Source: Antedon mediterranea (lineage: Eukaryota > Animalia > Echinodermata). From it: a stretch of DNA of 64,000 nt. Location: NCBI RefSeq assembly GCF_964355755.1, contig NC_092675.1:13674912-13738911 (forward strand). Direction: 5' to 3'. The notes beneath the pieces were generated by a model. That model saw only the letters and a program-made list of their open reading frames with translations, did not search any database and was not told where the DNA came from. Both the position numbers and the translations under genes were made by a program. This document shows positions 57,060-64,000 of this stretch, in pieces; position 1 is the first letter of the stretch, and every line of letters starts with the position of its first letter.

Positions 57060-60000
57060 TTTGTGATTTCCGAAAAAACTTGTTAACCTAAAAATACCAA
57101 AGTGTTTAGAATAGCTTCAAATCGCATTTGGAGACGTTTTAGACCATTTTGTGATTTTCGAAAAAACTTGTTAACATAAAAACACCAAAGTGCTTCAAAT
57201 CGCATTTGGAGACATTTTAGACCAATTTGTGATTTTTGAAAAAACTTGTTAACATAAAAACACCAAAGTGCTTACAATAGCTTCAAATCGTATTTGGAGA
57301 CGTTTTAGACCATTTTGTGATTTTCGAAAAAACTTGTTAACATAAAAACACCAAAGTACTTAGAATAGCTTCAAATCGCATTTGGAGACGTTTTAGACCA
57401 TTTTATGCTTTTCGATGAAACTTGGTTACACAAAAACATCAAAGTGCTTAAAATCACATTATAATCCGTTTTAGACCATTTTGAGCATTTCGATAACACT
57501 TTTCACACAAAAACATCAAAGAGCACAAAATAGCTTAATATCGTATTTAAAAACGTTTTAGACCATTTTGAGCATTTCGACAAAACTTTTTCACACAAAA
57601 CACCAAAGTGCTTAGAATAGCTTCAAATCGCATTTGGAGACGTTTTAGACCATTTTGTGATTTTCGAAAAAAATTGTTAACATAAAAACATCAAAGTGTA
57701 CAGAATAGCTTCAAATCGCATTTGGAGACCGTTTTAGGCCAATTTGTGATTTTCGAAAAAACTTGTTAACCTAAAAATACCAAAGTGTTTAGAATAGCTT
57801 CAAATCGCATTTGGAGACGTTTTAGACCATTTTGTGATTTTCGAAAAAACTTGTTAACATAAAAACACCAAAGTGCTTAGAATAGCTTCAAATCGCATTT
57901 GGAGACATTTTAGACCAATTTGTGATTTTCGAAAAAACTTGTCAACATAAAAACATCAAAGTGCTTAAAATCACATTATAATCCGTTTTAGACCATTTTG
58001 AGCATTTCGATAACACTTTTCACACAAAAACATCAAAGAGCACAAAATAGCTTAATATCGTATTTAAAAACGTTTTAACCATTTTGAGCATTTCGACAAA
58101 ACTTTTTCACACAAAACACCAAAGTGCTTAGAATAGCTTCAAATCGCATTTGGAGACGTTTTAGACCATTTTGTGATTTTCGAAAAAAATTGTTAACATA
58201 AAAACATCAAAGTGTACATAATAGCTTCAAATCGCATTTGGAGACCGTTTTAGGCCAATTTGTGATTTTCGAAAAAACTTGTTAACCTAAAAATACCAAA
58301 GTGTTTAGAATAGCTTCAAATCGCATTTGGAGACGTTTTAGACCATTTTGTGATTTTCGAAAAAACTTGTTAACATAAAAACACCAAAGTGCTTAGAATA
58401 GCTTCAAATCGCATATGGAGACATTTTAGACCAATTTGTGATTTTCGAAAAAACTTGTCAACATAAAAACACCAAAGGGTTTAGAATATCTTCAAATCGC
58501 ATTTGGAGACGTTTTAGACCATTTTGTGATTTTCGAAAAAACTTGTTAACATAAAAACACCAAAGTGCTTAGAATAGCTTCAAATCGCATTTGGAGACGT
58601 TTTAGACCAATTTGTGATTTTCGAAAAAACTTATCAACATAAAAACACCAAAGGGTTTAGAATAGCTTCAAATCGCATTTGGAGACGTTTTAGACCATTT
58701 TGTGATTTTGAAAAAACTTGTTAACATAAAAACACCAAAGTGCTTAGAATAGCTTCAAATCGCATTTGGAGACGTTTTAGACCATTTTGTGATTTTCGAA
58801 AAAACTTGTTAACATAAAAACACCAAAGTGCTTAGAATAGCTTCAAATCGTATTTGGAGACGTTTTAGACCATTTTGAGATTTTCGAAAAAACTTGGTTA
58901 CACAAAAACATCAAAGTGCTTAAAATCACATTATAAACCGTTTTAGACCATTTTGAGCATTTCGATAACACTTTTCACACAAAAACATCAAAGAGCACAA
59001 AATAGCTTAATATCGTATTTAAAAACGTTTTAGACCATTTTGAGCATTTCGACAAAACTTTTTCACACAAAACACCAAAGTGCTTAGAATAGCTTCAAAT
59101 TGCATTTGGAGACGTTTTAGACCAATTTGTGCATTTCGATGAAACTTGATTACACAAAAACATCAAAGTGCTTAAAATCACATCATAAACCGTTTTAGAC
59201 CATTTTGAGCATTTCGATAACACTTTTCACACAAAAACATGAAAGAGCACAAAATAGCTTAATATCGTATTTAAAAACGTTTTAGACCATTTTGAGCATT
59301 TCGACAAAACTTTTTTACACAAAACACCAAAGTGCTTAGAATAGCTTCAAATCGCATATGGAGACGTTTTAGACCAATTTGTGCATTTCGATGAAACTTG
59401 ATTACACAAAAACATCAAAGTGCTTAAAATCACATTATAAACCGTTTTAGACCATTTTGAGCATTTCGATAACACTTTTCACACAAAAACATCAAAGAGC
59501 ACAAAATAGCTTAATATCGTATTTAAAAACGTTTTAGACCATTTTGAGCATTTAGACAAAACTTTTTCACACAAAACACCAAAGTGCTTAGAATAGCTTC
59601 AAATCGCATTTGGAGACGTTTTAGACCATTTTGTGCATTTCGATGAAACTTGGTTACACAAAAACATCAAAGTGCTTAAAATCACATTATAAATCGTTTT
59701 AGACCATTTTGAGCATTTCGACAAAACTTTTTCACACAAAATACCAAAGTGCTTAGAATAGCTTCAAATCGCATTTCGAGACGTTTTAGACCATTTTGTG
59801 ATTTTCGAAAAAACTTTTTAACATAAAAACACCAAAGTGCTTAGAATAGCTTCAAATCACATTTGGAGACATTTTAGACCATTTTGTGATTTTCGAAAAA
59901 ACTTGTTAACATAAAAACACGAAAGTGCTTAGAATAGCTTCAAATCGCATTTGGAAACGTTTTAGACCATTTTGTGATTTTCGAAAAAAATTGTTAACAT

Positions 60001-63000
60001 AAAAACACCAAAGTGCTTAGAATCACATTATAAACCGTTTTAGACCATTTTGAGCATTTCGATAACAATTTTCACACAAAAACATCAAAGAGCACAAAAT
60101 AGCTTAATATCGTATTTAAAAATGTTTTAGACCATTTTGAGCATTTAGATAAAACTTTTTCACACAAAACACCAAAGTGCTTAGAATAGCTTCAAATCGC
60201 ATTTGGAGACGTTTTAGACCATTTTGTGATTTTTGAAAAAACTTGTTAACATAAAAACACCAAAGTGCTTAGAATAGCTTCAAATCACATTTGGAGACGT
60301 TTTAGACCATTTTGTGATTTTTGAAAAAACTTGTTAACATAAAAACACGAAAGTGCTTAGAATAGCTTCAAATCGCATTTGGAAACGTTTTAGACCATTT
60401 TGTGATTTTCGAAAAAGATTGTTAACATAAAAACACGAAAGTGCTTAGAATAGCTTCAAATCGCATTTGGAAACGTTTTAGACCATTTTGTGATTTTCGA
60501 AAAAGATTGTTAACATAAAAACACCAAAGTGCTTAGAAAAGCTTCAAATCGCATTTGGAGACGTTTTAGACCATTTTGTGCATTTCGATGAAACTTGGTT
60601 ACACAAAAACATCAAAGTGCTTAAAATCACATTATAAACCATTTTAGACCATTTTGAGCATTTCGATAACACTTTTCACACAAAAACATCAAAGAGCACA
60701 AAATAGCTTAATATCTTATTTAAAAACGTTTTAGACCATTTTGAGCATTTCGACAAAACTTTTTCACACAAAACACCAAAGTGCTTAGAATAGCTTCAAA
60801 TCGCATTTGGAGACGTTTTAGACCATTTTGTGATTTCCGAAAAAACTTGTTAACCTAAAAATACCAAAGTGTTTAGAATAGCTTCAAATCGCATTTGGAG
60901 ACGTTTTAGACCATTTTGTGATTTTCGAAAAAACTTGTTAACATAAAAACACCAAAGTGCTTCAAATCGCATTTGGAGACATTTTAGACCAATTTGTGAT
61001 TTTTGAAAAAACTTGTTAACATAAAAACACCAAAGTGCTTACAATAGCTTCAAATCGTATTTGGAGACGTTTTAGACCATTTTGTGATTTTCGAAAAAAC
61101 TTGTTAACATAAAAACACCAAAGTACTTAGAATAGCTTCAAATCGCATTTGGAGACGTTTTAGACCATTTTATGCTTTTCGATGAAACTTGGTTACACAA
61201 AAACATCAAAGTGCTTAAAATCACATTATAATCCGTTTTAGACCATTTTGAGCATTTCGATAACACTTTTCACACAAAAACATCAAAGAGCACAAAATAG
61301 CTTAATATCGTATTTAAAAACGTTTTAGACCATTTTGAGCATTTCGACAAAACTTTTTCACACAAAACACCAAAGTGCTTAGAATAGCTTCAAATCGCAT
61401 TTGGAGACGTTTTAGACCATTTTGTGATTTTCGAAAAAACTTGTTAACATAAAAACACGAAAGTGCTTAGAATAGCTTCAAATCGCATTTGGAAACGTTT
61501 TAGACCATTTTGTGATTTTCGAAAAAAATTGTTAACATAAAAACACCAAAGTGCTTAGAATCACATTATAAACCGTTTTAGACCATTTTGAGCATTTCGA
61601 TAACAATTTTCACACAAAAACATCAAAGAGCACAAAATAGCTTAATATCGTATTTAAAAATGTTTTAGACCATTTTGAGCATTTAGATAAAACTTTTTCA
61701 CACAAAACACCAAAGTGCTTAGAATAGCTTCAAATCGCATTTGGAGACGTTTTAGACCATTTTGTGATTTTTGAAAAAACTTGTTAACATAAAAACACCA
61801 AAGTGCTTAGAATAGCTTCAAATCACATTTGGAGACGTTTTAGACCATTTTGTGATTTTTGAAAAAACTTGTTAACATAAAAACACGAAAGTGCTTAGAA
61901 TAGCTTCAAATCGCATTTGGAAACGTTTTAGACCATTTTGTGATTTTCGAAAAAGATTGTTAACATAAAAACACGAAAGTGCTTAGAATAGCTTCAAATC
62001 GCATTTGGAAACGTTTTAGACCATTTTGTGATTTTCGAAAAAGATTGTTAACATAAAAACACCAAAGTGCTTAGAAAAGCTTCAAATCGCATTTGGAGAC
62101 GTTTTAGACCATTTTGTGCATTTCGATGAAACTTGGTTACACAAAAACATCAAAGTGCTTAAAATCACATTATAAACCATTTTAGACCATTTTGAGCATT
62201 TCGATAACACTTTTCACACAAAAACATCAAAGAGCACAAAATAGCTTAATATCTTATTTAAAAACGTTTTAGACCATTTTGAGCATTTCGACAAAACTTT
62301 TTCACACAAAACACCAAAGTGCTTAGAATAGCTTCAAATCGCATTTGGAGACGTTTTAGACCATTTTGTGATTTCCGAAAAAACTTGTTAACCTAAAAAT
62401 ACCAAAGTGTTTAGAATAGCTTCAAATCGCATTTGGAGACGTTTTAGACCATTTTGTGATTTTCGAAAAAACTTGTTAACATAAAAACACCAAAGTGCTT
62501 CAAATCGCATTTGGAGACATTTTAGACCAATTTGTGATTTTTGAAAAAACTTGTTAACATAAAAACACCAAAGTGCTTACAATAGCTTCAAATCGTATTT
62601 GGAGACGTTTTAGACCATTTTGTGATTTTCGAAAAAACTTGTTAACATAAAAACACCAAAGTACTTAGAATAGCTTCAAATCGCATTTGGAGACGTTTTA
62701 GACCATTTTATGCTTTTCGATGAAACTTGGTTACACAAAAACATCAAAGTGCTTAAAATCACATTATAATCCGTTTTAGACCATTTTGAGCATTTCGATA
62801 ACACTTTTCACACAAAAACATCAAAGAGCACAAAATAGCTTAATATCGTATTTAAAAACGTTTTAGACCATTTTGAGCATTTCGACAAAACTTTTTCACA
62901 CAAAACACCAAAGTGCTTAGAATAGCTTCAAATCGCATTTGGAGACGTTTTAGACCATTTTGTGATTTTCGAAAAAAATTGTTAACATAAAAACATCAAA

Positions 63001-64000
63001 GTGTACAGAATAGCTTCAAATCGCATTTGGAGACCGTTTTAGGCCAATTTGTGATTTTCGAAAAAACTTGTTAACCTAAAAATACCAAAGTGTTTAGAAT
63101 AGCTTCAAATCGCATTTGGAGACGTTTTAGACCATTTTGTGATTTTCGAAAAAACTTGTTAACATAAAAACACCAAAGTGCTTAGAATAGCTTCAAATCG
63201 CATTTGGAGACATTTTAGACCAATTTGTGATTTTCGAAAAAACTTGTCAACATAAAAACATCAAAGTGCTTAAAATCACATTATAATCCGTTTTAGACCA
63301 TTTTGAGCATTTCGATAACACTTTTCACACAAAAACATCAAAGAGCACAAAATAGCTTAATATCGTATTTAAAAACGTTTTAACCATTTTGAGCATTTCG
63401 ACAAAACTTTTTCACACAAAACACCAAAGTGCTTAGAATAGCTTCAAATCGCATTTGGAGACGTTTTAGACCATTTTGTGATTTTCGAAAAAAATTGTTA
63501 ACATAAAAACATCAAAGTGTACATAATAGCTTCAAATCGCATTTGGAGACCGTTTTAGGCCAATTTGTGATTTTCGAAAAAACTTGTTAACCTAAAAATA
63601 CCAAAGTGTTTAGAATAGCTTCAAATCGCATTTGGAGACGTTTTAGACCATTTTGTGATTTTCGAAAAAACTTGTTAACATAAAAACACCAAAGTGCTTA
63701 GAATAGCTTCAAATCGCATATGGAGACATTTTAGACCAATTTGTGATTTTCGAAAAAACTTGTCAACATAAAAACACCAAAGGGTTTAGAATATCTTCAA
63801 ATCGCATTTGGAGACGTTTTAGACCATTTTGTGATTTTCGAAAAAACTTGTTAACATAAAAACACCAAAGTGCTTAGAATAGCTTCAAATCGCATTTGGA
63901 GACGTTTTAGACCAATTTGTGATTTTCGAAAAAACTTATCAACATAAAAACACCAAAGGGTTTAGAATAGCTTCAAATCGCATTTGGAGACGTTTTAGAC
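57060..64000 (+). repeat. Higher-order duplication at offset 5305 (~57060-58695 matches ~62365-64000); implies a ~3.8-kb unit plus the nested 1538-bp duplication
   Basis: CGTTTTAACC 58071/63376 and GTGTACATA 58212/63517. CGCATATGGAGACAT is present in both. Confidence 0.8.
59872..62975 (+). repeat. Tandem duplication, 2 x 1538 bp
   Basis: AGAAAAGCTT variant 60537/62075 and ATTTCCGA 60833/62371. Confidence 0.85.

Larger units (their letters stand above)
1..64000 (+). repeat. Satellite DNA tandem array (77-89 bp monomers, head-to-tail, single orientation) with higher-order structure; runs off both window ends
   Basis: The core GTTTTAGACCATTTTG and the AAAAACA(C/T)CAAAG head recur about every 77-88 bp from the first line to the last, with no intervening unique sequence seen. 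Confidence 0.99.

Noticed and set aside
1-64000. CRISPR array: GTTTTAGA resembles the start of type II-A repeats and recurs regularly
   Set aside because: The sequences between the conserved boxes are themselves repeats of three types, not unique spacers. There are no cas genes or leader, and the similarity is only 8 nt.
1-64000. Transposon insertions, inversions or telomeric repeats
   Set aside because: I saw no non-satellite segment, no reverse-orientation monomers (GGTCTAAAAC on the + strand) and no telomere-type short repeat tract.
1-64000. Assignment to a known satellite (alpha satellite, CEN178, CENP-B box) or to a species
   Set aside because: There is no similarity I can recognise, and the CENP-B box pattern TTCG....A..CGGG is absent. 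Assignment needs a database search.

Overview
The whole 64 kb window is one uninterrupted, head-to-tail, AT-rich tandem satellite array (consensus monomer about 32% GC), typical of eukaryotic centromeric or heterochromatic DNA. I see no genes, RNA genes, transposons, inversions or unique sequence. Three related monomers build it: A (88 bp, dominant), B (77 bp) and C (88 bp). All three share the core GTTTTAGACCATTTTG. B-C-A(87) forms a 252-bp cassette, separated by runs of A of variable length. Rare diagnostic variants reveal nested higher-order duplications with offsets of 892, 1232, 1285, 1538, 1724, 3605, 3913, 5305, about 11,800 and 40,233 bp. Notable internal features are a ~10-bp sub-repeat with phased T-tracts, recurrent deletions of 10 and 40 bp, monomer chimeras and a duplication breakpoint in the shared core box, many CpG transition variants, and short dyad symmetries. 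The six 60-aa ORFs are by-products of repeat variants. I cannot identify the organism or satellite family from sequence alone. Duplication boundaries were read by eye and are approximate.
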